DNA of 64,000 nt from Gordius albopunctatus (Eukaryota), in the NCBI GenBank assembly GCA_964276515.1, contig OZ193909.1:9300001-9364000 (forward strand), written 5' to 3'. This document shows positions 12,761 to 28,300 of the stretch, piece after piece. Every line of letters starts with the position of its first letter. Position 1 is the first letter of the stretch. The position numbers and the translations under genes are program-made. The notes under the pieces are model-generated. The model worked only from the letters and a program-made list of their open reading frames with translations. It was not told the DNA's origin and ran no database searches.

Positions 12761-15700
12761 TTGTTATTTTCAGACGTGTATTCCATGATAAGAAGTAAAA
12801 ATTTATCACAATTAGATAACTATTACTTTGAAATAATCATCGCATATAGCATGTTTCAAAAATTCAGCACTCTCGTCGCGATGAAACAAACTAATCGCAA
12901 CAATATAACGTTGTCTTTCCTCAAAATGATAGTTCTCGCAGCTTAAAACTTCTTATAAGGAGTCGATCGAGATTAATAGGAATCTCAAATTAGCTTACTT
13001 TTATTTATTTTTTCAAGCTCTTTTACATAAAATAACAAAATATATATTTTAGCTCAAAATATTTAAAATTATTTCCATTAACACATATTCATCCGATGAA
13101 AGTTGTTATTTTCAGACGTGTATTCCATGATAAGAAGTAAAAATTTATCACAATTAGATAACTATCACTTTGAAATCATCATCGCATATAGCATGTTTCA
13201 AAAATTCAGCATTCTCGTCGCGATGAAACAAACTAATCGCAACAATATAACGTTGTCTTTCCTCAAAATGATAGTTCTCGCAGCTTAAAACTTCTTATAA
13301 GGAGTCGATCGAGATTAATAGGAATCTCAAATTACCTTACTTTTATTTATTTTTTCAAGTTCTTTTACATAAAATAACAAAAAATATATTTTTTAGCTCA
13401 AAATATTTAAAATTTTTGCCATTAAACCATATTCATCCGATGAAAGTTGTTATTTTCAGACGTGATTTCCATATAAGAAGTAAAAATTTATCAGAATTAG
13501 ATAACTATCACTTTGAAATCATCATCGCATATAGCATGTTTCAAAAATTCAGCACTCACGTCGCGATAAAACAAACTAATCGCAACAATATAACGTTGTC
13601 TTTCCTCAAAATGATAGTTCTCGCAGCTTAAAACCTCTTATAAGGAGTCGATCGAGAATAATAGGATTCTCAAATTAGCTTACTTTTATATATTTTTTCA
13701 AGTTCTTTAACATAAATTAACAAAAAATATATTTTTTAGCTAAAAATATTTCAAATTTTTTCCATTAAACCATATTCATCCGATGAAAGTTGTTATTTTT
13801 AGACGTGTATTCCATGATAAGAAGTAAAAATTTATCACAATTAGATAACTATTACTTTGAAATAATCATCGCATATAGCATGTTTCAAAAATTAAGCACT
13901 CACGTCGCGATAAAACAAACTAATCGCAACAATATAACGTCGTCTTTCCTCAAAATGATAGTTCTCGCAGCTTAAAACTTCTTATAAGGAGTCGATCGAG
14001 ATTATTAGGATTCTCAAATTAGCTTACTTTTATATATTTTTTCAAGTGGTTTTACATAAAATAACAAAAAATATATTTTTTAGCTCAAAATATTTCAAAT
14101 TTTTTCCATTAAACCATATTCATCCGATGAAAGTTGTTATTTTCAGAAGTGATTTCCATGATAAGAAGTAAAAATTTATCAGAATTATATAACTATCACT
14201 TTGAAATCATCATCGCATATAGCATGTTTCAAAAATTCAGCACTCTCGTCGCGATGAAACAAACTAATCGCAACAATATAACGTTGTCTTTCCTCAAAAT
14301 GATAGTTCTCGCAGCTTAAAACTTCTTATAAGGAGTCGATCGAGAATAATAGGATTCTCAAATAAGCTTACTTTTATATATTTTTTCAAGTTCTTTTACA
14401 TAAATTAACAAAAAATATTTTTTTAGCTCAAAATATTTCAAATTTTTTCCATTAAACCATATTCATCCGATGAAAGTTGTTATTTTCAGACTTGATTTCC
14501 ATATAAGAAGTAAAAATTTATCAGAATTAGATAACTATCACTTTGAAATCATCATCGCATATAGCATGTTTCAAAAATTCAGCACTCACGTCGCGATAAA
14601 ACAAACTAATCGCAACAATATAACGTCGTCTTTCCTCAAAATGATAGTTCTCGCAGCTTAAAACTTCTTATAAGGAGTCGATCGAGATTATTAGGATTCT
14701 CAAATTAGCTTACTTTTATATATTTTTTCAAGTGGTTTTACATAAAATAACAAAAAATATATTTTTTAGCTCAAAATATTTCAAATTTTTTCCATTAAAC
14801 CATATTCATCCGATGAAAGTTGTTATTTTCAGAAGTGATTTCCATGATAAGAAGTAAAAATTTATCAGAATTATATAACTATCACTTTGAAATCATCATC
14901 GCATATAGCATGTTTCAAAAATTCAGCACTCTCGTCGCGATGAAACAAACAAATCGCAACAATATAACGTTGTCTTTCCTCAAAATGATAGTTCTCGCAG
15001 CTTAAAACTTCTTATAAGGAGTCGATCGAGAATAATAGGATTCTCAAATAAGCTTACTTTTATATATTTTTTCAAGTTCTTTTACATAAATTAACAAAAA
15101 ATATTTTTTTAGCTCAAAATATTTCAAATTTTTTCCATTAAACCATATTCATCCGATGAAAGTTGTTATTTTCAGACTTGATTTCCATATAAGAAGTAAA
15201 AATTTATCAGAATTATATAACTATCACTTTGAAATCATCATCGCATATAGCATGTTTCAAAAATTCAGCACTCTCGTCGCGATGAAACAAACTAATCGCA
15301 ACAATATAACGTTGTCTTTCCTCAAAATGATAGTTCTCGCAGCTTAAAACTTCTTATAAGGAGTCGATCGAGATTATTAGGATTCTCAAATTAGCTTACT
15401 TTTATATATTTTTTCAAGATCTTTTACATCAAATAACAAAACATATATTTTTTTAGCTCAAAATATTTAAAATTATTTCCATTAACACATATTCATCCGA
15501 TGAAAGTTGTTATTTTCAGACGTGTATTCCATGATAAGAAGTAAAAATTTATCAGAATTATATAACTATCACTTTGAAATCATCATCGCATATAGCATGT
15601 TTTAAAAATTCAGCACTCTCGTCGCGATGAAACAAACTAATCGCAACAATATAACGTTGTCTTTCCTCAAAATGATAGTTCTCGCAGCTTAAAACTTCTT

Positions 15701-18700
15701 ATAAGGAGTCGATCGAGATTAATAGGATTTTCAAATTAGATTACTTTTATATATTTTTTCAAGCTCTTTTACATAAAATAACAAAAAATATATTTTTTTA
15801 GCTCAAAATATTTAAAATTATTTCCATTAACACATATTCATCCGATAAAAGTTTTTATTTTCAGACGTGATTTCCATGATAAGAAGTAAAAATTTATCAC
15901 AATTAGATAATACTTTGAAATCATCGTCGCATATAGCATGTTTCAAAAATTCAGCACTCACGTAGCGATAAAACAAACTAATCGCAACAATATAACGTTG
16001 TCTTTCCTCAAAATGATAGTTCTCGCAGCTTAAAACTTCTTATAAGGAGTCGATCGAGATTAATAGGATTCTCAAATTAGCTTACTTTTATTTATTTTTT
16101 TAAGTTCTTTTACATAAAATAACAAAAAATATATTTTTTAGCTCAAAATATTTCAAATTTTTTCCATTAAACCATATTCATCCGATGAAAGTTGTTATTT
16201 TCAGACGTGATTTCCATATAAGAAGTAAAAATTTATCAGAATTATATAACTATCACTTTGAAATCATCATCGCATATAGCATGTTTTAAAAATTCAGCAC
16301 TCTCGTCGCGATGAAACAAACTAATCGCAACAATATAACGTCGTCTTTCCTCAAAATGATAGTTCTCGCAGCTTAAAACTTCTTATAAGGAGTCGATCGA
16401 GATTATTAGGATTCTCAAATTAGCTTACTTTTATATATTTTTTCAAGCTCTTTTACATAAAATAACAAAAAATATATTTTTTAGCTCAAAATATTTCAAA
16501 TTTTTTCCATTAAACCATATTCATCCGATGAAAGTTGTTATTTTCAGACGTGATTTCCATGATAAGAAGTAAAAATTTATCACAATTAGATAACTATTAC
16601 TTTGAAATAATCATCGCATATAGCATGTTTCAAAAATTAAGCACTCACGTCGCGATAAAACAAACTAATCGCAACAATATAACGTCGTCTTTCCTCAAAA
16701 TGATAGTTCTCGCAGCTTAAAACTTCTTATAAGGAGTCGATCGAGATTAATAGGATTTTCAAATTAGCTTACTTTTATATATTTTTTCAAGCTCTTTTAC
16801 ATAAAATAACAAAAAATATATTTTTTAGCTCAAAATATTTAAAATTATTTCCATTAACACATATTCATCCGATGAAAGTTGTTATTTTCAGACGTGATTT
16901 CCATGATAAGAAGTAAAAATTTATCACAATTAGATAACTATTACTTTGAAATAATCATCGCATATAGCATGTTTCAAAAATTAAGCACTCACGTCGCGAT
17001 AAAACAAACTAATCGCAACAATATAACGTCGTCTTTCCTCAAAATGATAGTTCTCGCAGCTTAAAACTTCTTATAAGGAGTCGATCGAGATTATTAGGAT
17101 TCTCAAATTAGCTTACTTTTATATATTTTTTCAAGCTCTTTTACATAAATTAACAAAAAATATTTTTTTAGCTCAAAATATTTCAAATTTTTCCATTAAA
17201 CCATATTCATCCGATGAAAGTTGTTATTTTCAGACTTGATTTCCATATAAGAAGTAAAAATTTATCAGAATTAGATAACTATCACTTTGAAATCATCATC
17301 GCATATAGCATGTTTCAAAAATTCAGCACTCACGTCGCGATAAAACAAACTAATCGCAACAATATAACGTCGTCTTTCCTCAAAATGATAGTTCTCGCAG
17401 CTTAAAACTTCTTATAAGGAGTCGATCGAGATTATTAGGATTCTCAAATTAGCTTACTTTTATATATTTTTTCAAGTGGTTTTACATAAAATAACAAAAA
17501 ATATATTTTTTAGCTCAAAATATTTCAAATTTTTTCCATTAAACCATATTCATCCGATGAAAGTTGTTATTTTCAGACGTGATTTCCATGATAAGAAGTA
17601 AAAATTTATCAGAATTATATAACTATCACTTTGAAATCATCATCGCATATAGCATGTTTCAAAAATTCAGCACTCTCGTCGCGATGAAACAAACTAATCG
17701 CAACAATATAACGTTGTCTTTCCTCAAAATGATAGTTCTCGCAGCTTAAAACTTCTTATAAGGAGTCGATCGAGATTATTAGGATTCTCAAATTAGCTTA
17801 CTTTTATATATTTTTTCAAGATCTTTTACATCAAATAACAAAACATATATTTTTTTAGCTCAAAATATTTAAAATTATTTCCATTAACACATATTCATCC
17901 GATGAAAGTTGTTATTTTCAGACGTGATTTCCATGATAAGAAGTAAAAATTTATCAGAATTATATAACTATCACTTTGAAATCATCATCGCATATAGCAT
18001 GTTTCAAAAATTCAGCACTCTCGTCGCGATGAAACAAACTAATCGCAACAATATAACGTTGTCTTTCCTCAAAATGATAGTTCTCGCAGCTTAAAACTTC
18101 TTATAAGGAGTCGATCGAGATTAATAGGATTTTCAAATTAGCTTACTTTTATATATTTTTTCAAGCTCTTTTACATAAAATAACAAAAAATATATTTTTT
18201 AGCTCAAAATATTTAAAATTATTTCCATTAACACATATTCATCCGATGAAAGTTGTTATTTTCAGACGTGATTTCCATGATAAGAAGTAAAAATTTATCA
18301 CAATTAGATAACTATTACTTTGAAATAATCATCGCATATAGCATGTTTCAAAAATTAAGCACTCACGTCGCGATAAAACAAACTAATCGCAACAATATAA
18401 CGTCGTCTTTCCTCAAAATGATAGTTCTCGCAGCTTAAAACTTCTTATAAGGAGTCGATCGAGATTATTAGGATTCTCAAATTAGCTTACTTTTATATAT
18501 TTTTTCAAGCTCTTTTACATAAATTAACAAAAAATATTTTTTTAGCTCAAAATATTTCAAATTTTTCCATTAAACCATATTCATCCGATGAAAGTTGTTA
18601 TTTTCAGAAGTGATTTCCATGATAAGAAGTAAAAATTTATCAGAATTAGATAACTATCACTTTGAAATCATCATCGCATATAGCATGTTTCAAAAATTCA

Positions 18701-21700
18701 GCACTCACGTCGCGATAAAACAAACTAATCGCAACAATATAACGTCGTCTTTCCTCAAAATGATAGTTCTCGCAGCTTAAAACTTCTTATAAGGAGTCGA
18801 TCGAGATTATTAGGATTCTCAAATTAGCTTACTTTTATATATTTTTTCAAGTGGTTTTACATAAAATAACAAAAAATATATTTTTTAGCTCAAAATATTT
18901 CAAATTTTTTCCATTAAACCATATTCATCCGATGAAAGTTGTTATTTTCAGACGTGATTTCCATGATAAGAAGTAAAAATTTATCAGAATTATATAACTA
19001 TCACTTTGAAATCATCATCGCATATAGCATGTTTCAAAAATTCAGCACTCTCGTCGCGATGAAACAAACTAATCGCAACAATATAACGTTGTCTTTCCTC
19101 AAAATGATAGTTCTCGCAGCTTAAAACTTCTTATAAGGAGTCGATCGAGATTAATAGGAATCTCAAATTAGCTTACTTTTATATATTTTTTTAAGCTCTT
19201 TTACGTAAAATAACAAAAGATATATTTTTTAGCTCAAAATATTTAAAATTATTTCCATTAACACATATTCATCCGATGAAAGTTGTTATTTTCAGACGTG
19301 TATTCCATGATAAGAAGTAAAAATTTATCACAATTAGATAACTATTACTTTGAAATAATCATCGCATATAGCATGTTTCAAAAATTCAGCACTCTCGTCG
19401 CGATGAAACAAACTAATCGCAACAATATAACGTTGTCTTTCCTCAAAATGATAGTTCTCGCAGCTTAAAACTTCTTATAAGGAGTCGATCGAGATTAATA
19501 GGAATCTCAAATTAGCTTACTTTTATATATTTTTTTAAGCTCTTTTACGTAAAATAACAAAAGATATATTTTTTAGCTCAAAATATTTAAAATTATTTCC
19601 ATTAACACATATTCATCCGATGAAAGTTGTTATTTTCAGACGTGTATTCCATGATAAGAAGTAAAAATTTATCACAATTAGATAACTATTACTTTGAAAT
19701 AATCATCGCATATAGCATGTTTCAAAAATTCAGCACTCTCGTCGCGATGAAACAAACTAATCGCAACAATATAACGTTGTCTTTCCTCAAAATGATAGTT
19801 CTCGCAGCTTAAAACTTCTTACAAGGAGTCGATCGAGATTAATAGGAATCTCAAATTAGCTTACTTTTATTTATTTTTTCAAGCTCTTTTACATAAAATA
19901 ACAAAATATATATTTTAGCTCAAAATATTTAAAATTATTTCCATTAACACATATTCATCCGATGAAAGTTGTTATTTTCAGACGTGTATTCCATGATAAG
20001 AAGTAAAAATTTATCACAATTAGATAACTATCACTTTGAAATCATCATCGCATATAGCATGTTTCAAAAATTCAGCATTCTCGTCGCGATGAAACAAACT
20101 AATCGCAACAATATAACGTTGTCTTTCCTCAAAATGATAGTTCTCGCAGCTTAAAACTTCTTATAAGGAGTCGATCGAGATTAATAGGAATCTCAAATTA
20201 GCTTACTTTTATTTATTTTTTCAAGTTCTTTTACATAAAATAACAAAAAATATATTTTTTAGCTCAAAATATTTAAAATTTTTGCCATTAAACCATATTC
20301 ATCCGATGAAAGTTGTTATTTTCAGACGTGATTTCCATATAAGAAGTAAAAATTTATCAGAATTAGATAACTATCACTTTGAAATCATCATCGCATATAG
20401 CATGTTTCAAAAATTCAGCACTCACGTCGCGATAAAACAAACTAATCGCAACAATATAACGTTGTCTTTCCTCAAAATGATAGTTCTCGCAGCTTAAAAC
20501 CTCTTATAAGGAGTCGATCGAGAATAATAGGATTCTCAAATTAGCTTACTTTTATATATTTTTTCAAGTTCTTTAACATAAATTAACAAAAAATATATTT
20601 TTTAGCTAAAAATATTTCAAATTTTTTCCATTAAACCATATTCATCCGATGAAAGTTGTTATTTTTAGACGTGTATTCCATGATAAGAAGTAAAAATTTA
20701 TCACAATTAGATAACTATTACTTTGAAATAATCATCGCATATAGCATGTTTCAAAAATTAAGCACTCACGTCGCGATAAAACAAACTAATCGCAACAATA
20801 TAACGTCGTCTTTCCTCAAAATGATAGTTCTCGCAGCTTAAAACTTCTTATAAGGAGTCGATCGAGATTATTAGGATTCTCAAATTAGCTTACTTTTATA
20901 TATTTTTTCAAGTGGTTTTACATAAAATAACAAAAAATATATTTTTTAGCTCAAAATATTTCAAATTTTTTCCATTAAACCATATTCATCCGATGAAAGT
21001 TGTTATTTTCAGAAGTGATTTCCATGATAAGAAGTAAAAATTTATCAGAATTATATAACTATCACTTTGAAATCATCATCGCATATAGCATGTTTCAAAA
21101 ATTCAGCACTCTCGTCGCGATGAAACAAACTAATCGCAACAATATAACGTTGTCTTTCCTCAAAATGATAGTTCTCGCAGCTTAAAACTTCTTATAAGGA
21201 GTCGATCGAGAATAATAGGATTCTCAAATAAGCTTACTTTTATATATTTTTTCAAGTTCTTTTACATAAATTAACAAAAAATATTTTTTTAGCTCAAAAT
21301 ATTTCAAATTTTTTCCATTAAACCATATTCATCCGATGAAAGTTGTTATTTTCAGACTTGATTTCCATATAAGAAGTAAAAATTTATCAGAATTAGATAA
21401 CTATCACTTTGAAATCATCATCGCATATAGCATGTTTCAAAAATTCAGCACTCACGTCGCGATAAAACAAACTAATCGCAACAATATAACGTCGTCTTTC
21501 CTCAAAATGATAGTTCTCGCAGCTTAAAACTTCTTATAAGGAGTCGATCGAGATTATTAGGATTCTCAAATTAGCTTACTTTTATATATTTTTTCAAGTG
21601 GTTTTACATAAAATAACAAAAAATATATTTTTTAGCTCAAAATATTTAAAATTATTTCCATTAACACATATTCATCCGATAAAAGTTTTTATTTTCAGAC

Positions 21701-24700
21701 GTGATTTCCATGATAAGAAGTAAAAATTTATCACAATTAGATAATACTTTGAAATCATCGTCGCATATAGCATGTTTCAAAAATTCAGCACTCACGTCGC
21801 GATAAAACAAACTAATCGCAACAATATAACGTTGTCTTTCCTCAAAATGATAGTTCTCGCAGCTTAAAACCTCTTATAAGGAGTCGATCGAGAATAATAG
21901 GATTCTCAAATTAGCTTACTTTTATATATTTTTTCAAGTTCTTTAACATAAATTAACAAAAAATATATTTTTTAGCTAAAAATATTTCAAATTTTTTCCA
22001 TTAAACCATATTCATCCGATGAAAGTTGTTATTTTCAGAAGTGATTTCCATGATAAGAAGTAAAAATTTATCAGAATTATATAACTATCACTTTGAAATC
22101 ATCATCGCATATAGCATGTTTCAAAAATTCAGCACTCTCGTCGCGATGAAACAAACAAATCGCAACAATATAACGTTGTCTTTCCTCAAAATGATAGTTC
22201 TCGCAGCTTAAAACTTCTTATAAGGAGTCGATCGAGAATAATAGGATTCTCAAATAAGCTTACTTTTATATATTTTTTCAAGTTCTTTTACATAAATTAA
22301 CAAAAAATATTTTTTTAGCTCAAAATATTTCAAATTTTTTCCATTAAACCATATTCATCCGATGAAAGTTGTTATTTTCAGACTTGATTTCCATATAAGA
22401 AGTAAAAATTTATCAGAATTATATAACTATCACTTTGAAATCATCATCGCATATAGCATGTTTCAAAAATTCAGCACTCTCGTCGCGATGAAACAAACTA
22501 ATCGCAACAATATAACGTTGTCTTTCCTCAAAATGATAGTTCTCGCAGCTTAAAACTTCTTATAAGGAGTCGATCGAGATTATTAGGATTCTCAAATTAG
22601 CTTACTTTTATATATTTTTTCAAGATCTTTTACATCAAATAACAAAACATATATTTTTTTAGCTCAAAATATTTAAAATTATTTCCATTAACACATATTC
22701 ATCCGATGAAAGTTGTTATTTTCAGACGTGTATTCCATGATAAGAAGTAAAAATTTATCAGAATTATATAACTATCACTTTGAAATCATCATCGCATATA
22801 GCATGTTTTAAAAATTCAGCACTCTCGTCGCGATGAAACAAACTAATCGCAACAATATAACGTTGTCTTTCCTCAAAATGATAGTTCTCGCAGCTTAAAA
22901 CTTCTTATAAGGAGTCGATCGAGATTAATAGGATTTTCAAATTAGATTACTTTTATATATTTTTTCAAGCTCTTTTACATAAAATAACAAAAAATATATT
23001 TTTTTAGCTCAAAATATTTAAAATTATTTCCATTAACACATATTCATCCGATAAAAGTTTTTATTTTCAGACGTGATTTCCATGATAAGAAGTAAAAATT
23101 TATCACAATTAGATAATACTTTGAAATCATCGTCGCATATAGCATGTTTCAAAAATTCAGCACTCACGTAGCGATAAAACAAACTAATCGCAACAATATA
23201 ACGTTGTCTTTCCTCAAAATGATAGTTCTCGCAGCTTAAAACTTCTTATAAGGAGTCGATCGAGATTAATAGGATTCTCAAATTAGCTTACTTTTATTTA
23301 TTTTTTTAAGTTCTTTTACATAAAATAACAAAAAATATATTTTTTAGCTCAAAATATTTCAAATTTTTTCCATTAAACCATATTCATCCGATGAAAGTTG
23401 TTATTTTCAGACGTGATTTCCATATAAGAAGTAAAAATTTATCAGAATTATATAACTATCACTTTGAAATCATCATCGCATATAGCATGTTTTAAAAATT
23501 CAGCACTCTCGTCGCGATGAAACAAACTAATCGCAACAATATAACGTCGTCTTTCCTCAAAATGATAGTTCTCGCAGCTTAAAACTTCTTATAAGGAGTC
23601 GATCGAGATTATTAGGATTCTCAAATTAGCTTACTTTTATATATTTTTTCAAGCTCTTTTACATAAAATAACAAAAAATATATTTTTTAGCTCAAAATAT
23701 TTCAAATTTTTTCCATTAAACCATATTCATCCGATGAAAGTTGTTATTTTCAGACGTGATTTCCATGATAAGAAGTAAAAATTTATCACAATTAGATAAC
23801 TATTACTTTGAAATAATCATCGCATATAGCATGTTTCAAAAATTAAGCACTCACGTCGCGATAAAACAAACTAATCGCAACAATATAACGTCGTCTTTCC
23901 TCAAAATGATAGTTCTCGCAGCTTAAAACTTCTTATAAGGAGTCGATCGAGATTAATAGGATTTTCAAATTAGCTTACTTTTATATATTTTTTCAAGCTC
24001 TTTTACATAAAATAACAAAAAATATATTTTTTAGCTCAAAATATTTAAAATTATTTCCATTAACACATATTCATCCGATGAAAGTTGTTATTTTCAGACG
24101 TGATTTCCATGATAAGAAGTAAAAATTTATCACAATTAGATAACTATTACTTTGAAATAATCATCGCATATAGCATGTTTCAAAAATTAAGCACTCACGT
24201 CGCGATAAAACAAACTAATCGCAACAATATAACGTCGTCTTTCCTCAAAATGATAGTTCTCGCAGCTTAAAACTTCTTATAAGGAGTCGATCGAGATTAT
24301 TAGGATTCTCAAATTAGCTTACTTTTATATATTTTTTCAAGCTCTTTTACATAAATTAACAAAAAATATTTTTTTAGCTCAAAATATTTCAAATTTTTCC
24401 ATTAAACCATATTCATCCGATGAAAGTTGTTATTTTCAGACTTGATTTCCATATAAGAAGTAAAAATTTATCAGAATTAGATAACTATCACTTTGAAATC
24501 ATCATCGCATATAGCATGTTTCAAAAATTCAGCACTCACGTCGCGATAAAACAAACTAATCGCAACAATATAACGTCGTCTTTCCTCAAAATGATAGTTC
24601 TCGCAGCTTAAAACTTCTTATAAGGAGTCGATCGAGATTATTAGGATTCTCAAATTAGCTTACTTTTATATATTTTTTCAAGTGGTTTTACATAAAATAA

Positions 24701-25300
24701 CAAAAAATATATTTTTTAGCTCAAAATATTTCAAATTTTTTCCATTAAACCATATTCATCCGATGAAAGTTGTTATTTTCAGACGTGATTTCCATGATAA
24801 GAAGTAAAAATTTATCAGAATTATATAACTATCACTTTGAAATCATCATCGCATATAGCATGTTTCAAAAATTCAGCACTCTCGTCGCGATGAAACAAAC
24901 TAATCGCAACAATATAACGTTGTCTTTCCTCAAAATGATAGTTCTCGCAGCTTAAAACTTCTTATAAGGAGTCGATCGAGATTATTAGGATTCTCAAATT
25001 AGCTTACTTTTATATATTTTTTCAAGATCTTTTACATCAAATAACAAAACATATATTTTTTTAGCTCAAAATATTTAAAATTATTTCCATTAACACATAT
25101 TCATCCGATGAAAGTTGTTATTTTCAGACGTGTATTCCATGATAAGAAGTAAAAATTTATCAGAATTATATAACTATCACTTTGAAATCATCATCGCATA
25201 TAGCATGTTTCAAAAATTCAGCACTCACGTCGCGATAAAACAAACTAATCGCAACAATATAACGTCGTCTTTCCTCAAAATGATAGTTCTCGCAGCTTAA
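11729..25300. repeat. Higher-order tandem duplication of ~20 monomers (offset 6866 bp, then 7206 bp after one extra 340-bp monomer)
   Basis: Offset 6866 for 11729/18595, 13416/20282, 13790/20656 and 14470/21336; offset 7206 for 14820/22026, 15156/22362, 16535/23741 and 17214/24420. Rare variants are shared: AAACAAATCGC at ~14950 and ~22156; CAA>TAA at ~15603 and ~22809. Confidence 0.9.
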
Positions 25301-28300
25301 AACTTCTTATAAGGAGTCGATCGAGATTATTAGGATTCTCAAATTAGCTTACTTTTATATATTTTTTCAAGTGGTTTTACATAAAATAACAAAAAATATA
25401 TTTTTTAGCTCAAAATATTTCAAATTTTTTCCATTAAACCATATTCATCCGATGAAAGTTGTTATTTTCAGACGTGATTTCCATGATAAGAAGTAAAAAT
25501 TTATCAGAATTATATAACTATCACTTTGAAATCATCATCGCATATAGCATGTTTCAAAAATTCAGCACTCTCGTCGCGATGAAACAAACTAATCGCAACA
25601 ATATAACGTTGTCTTTCCTCAAAATGATAGTTCTCGCAGCTTAAAACTTCTTATAAGGAGTCGATCGAGATTATTAGGATTCTCAAATTAGCTTACTTTT
25701 ATATATTTTTTCAAGATCTTTTACATCAAATAACAAAACATATATTTTTTTAGCTCAAAATATTTAAAATTATTTCCATTAACACATATTCATCCGATGA
25801 AAGTTGTTATTTTCAGACGTGTATTCCATGATAAGAAGTAAAAATTTATCAGAATTATATAACTATCACTTTGAAATCATCATCGCATATAGCATGTTTT
25901 AAAAATTCAGCACTCTCGTCGCGATGAAACAAACTAATCGCAACAATATAACGTTGTCTTTCCTCAAAATGATAGTTCTCGCAGCTTAAAACTTCTTATA
26001 AGGAGTCGATCGAGATTAATAGGATTTTCAAATTAGCTTACTTTTATATATTTTTTCAAGCTCTTTTACATAAAATAACAAAAAATATATTTTTTAGCTC
26101 AAAATATTTAAAATTATTTCCATTAACACATATTCATCCGATGAAAGTTGTTATTTTCAGACGTGATTTTCATGATAAGAAGTAAAAATTTATCACAATT
26201 AGATAACTATTACTTTGAAATAATCATCGCATATAGCATGTTTCAAAAATTAAGCACTCACGTCGCGATAAAACAAACTAATCGCAACAATATAACGTCG
26301 TCTTTCCTCAAAATGATAGTTCTCGCAGCTTAAAACTTCTTATAAGGAGTCGATCGAGATTATTAGGATTCTCAAATTAGCTTACTTTTATATATTTTTT
26401 CAAGCTCTTTTACATAAAATAACAAAAAATATATTTTTTAGCTCAAAATATTTCAAATTTTTTCCATTAAACCATATTCATCCGATGAAAGTTGTTATTT
26501 TCAGACGTGATTTCCATGATAAGAAGTAAAAATTTATCACAATTAGATAACTATTACTTTGAAATAATCATCGCATATAGCATGTTTCAAAAATTAAGCA
26601 CTCACGTCGCGATAAAACAAACTAATCGCAACAATATAACGTCGTCTTTCCTCAAAATGATAGTTCTCGCAGCTTAAAACTTCTTATAAGGAGTCGATCG
26701 AGATTATTAGGATTCTCAAATTAGCTTACTTTTATATATTTTTTCAAGTGGTTTTACATAAAATAACAAAAAATATATTTTTTAGCTCAAAATATTTAAA
26801 ATTATTTCCATTAACACATATTCATCCGATGAAAGTTGTTATTTTCAGACGTGATTTCCATATAAGAAGTAAAAATTTATCACAATTAGATAACTATCAC
26901 TTTGAAATAATCATCGCATATAGCATGTTTCAAAAATTAAGCACTCACGTCGCGATAAAACAAACTAATCGCAACAATATAACGTCGTCTTTCCTCAAAA
27001 TGATAGTTCTCGCAGCTTAAAACTTCTTATAAGGAGTCGATCGAGATTATTAGGATTCTCAAATTAGCTTACTTTTATATATTTTTTCAAGCTCTTTTAC
27101 ATAAAATAACAAAAAATATATTTTTTAGCTCAAAATATTTCAAATTTTTTCCATTAAACCATATTCATCCGATGAAAGTTGTTATTTTCAGACGTGATTT
27201 CCATGATAAGAAGTAAAAATTTATCACAATTAGATAACTATTACTTTGAAATAATCATCGCATATAGCATGTTTCAAAAATTAAGCACTCACGTCGCGAT
27301 AAAACAAACTAATCGCAACAATATAACGTCGTCTTTCCTCAAAATGATAGTTCTCGCAGCTTAAAACTTCTTATAAGGAGTCGATCGAGATTATTAGGAT
27401 TCTCAAATTAGCTTACTTTTATATATTTTTTCAAGTGGTTTTACATAAAATAACAAAAAATATATTTTTTAGCTCAAAATATTTCAAATTTTTTCCATTA
27501 AACCATATTCATCCGATGAAAGTTGTTATTTTCAGAAGTGATTTCCATGATAAGAAGTAAAAATTTATCAGAATTATATAACTATCACTTTGAAATCATC
27601 ATCGCATATAGCATGTTTCAAAATTTCAGCACTCTCGTCGCGATGAAACAAACTAATCGCAACAATATAACGTTGTCTTTCCTCAAAATGATAGTTCTCG
27701 CAGCTTAAAACTTCTTATAAGGAGTCGATCGAGAATAATAGGATTCTCAAATAAGCTTACTTTTATATATTTTTTCAAGTTCTTTTACATAAATTAACAA
27801 AAAATATTTTTTTAGCTCAAAATATTTCAAATTTTTTCCATTAAACCATATTCATCCGATGAAAGTTGTTATTTTCAGACTTGATTTCCATATAAGAAGT
27901 AAAAATTTATCAGAATTAGATAACTATCACTTTGAAATCATCATCGCATATAGCATGTTTCAAAAATTCAGCACTCACGTCGCGATAAAACAAACTAATC
28001 GCAACAATATAACGTTGTCTTTGCTCAAAATGATAGTTCTCGCAGCTTAAAACTTCTTATAAGGAGTCGATCGAGATTAATAGGATTTTCAAATTAGATT
28101 ACTTTTATATATTTTTTCAAGCTCTTTTACATAAAATAACAAAAAATATATTTTTTTAGCTCAAAATATTTAAAATTATTTCCATTAACACATATTCATC
28201 CGATAAAAGTTTTTATTTTCAGACGTGATTTCCATGATAAGAAGTAAAAATTTATCACAATTAGATAATACTTTGAAATCATCGTCGCATATAGCATGTT

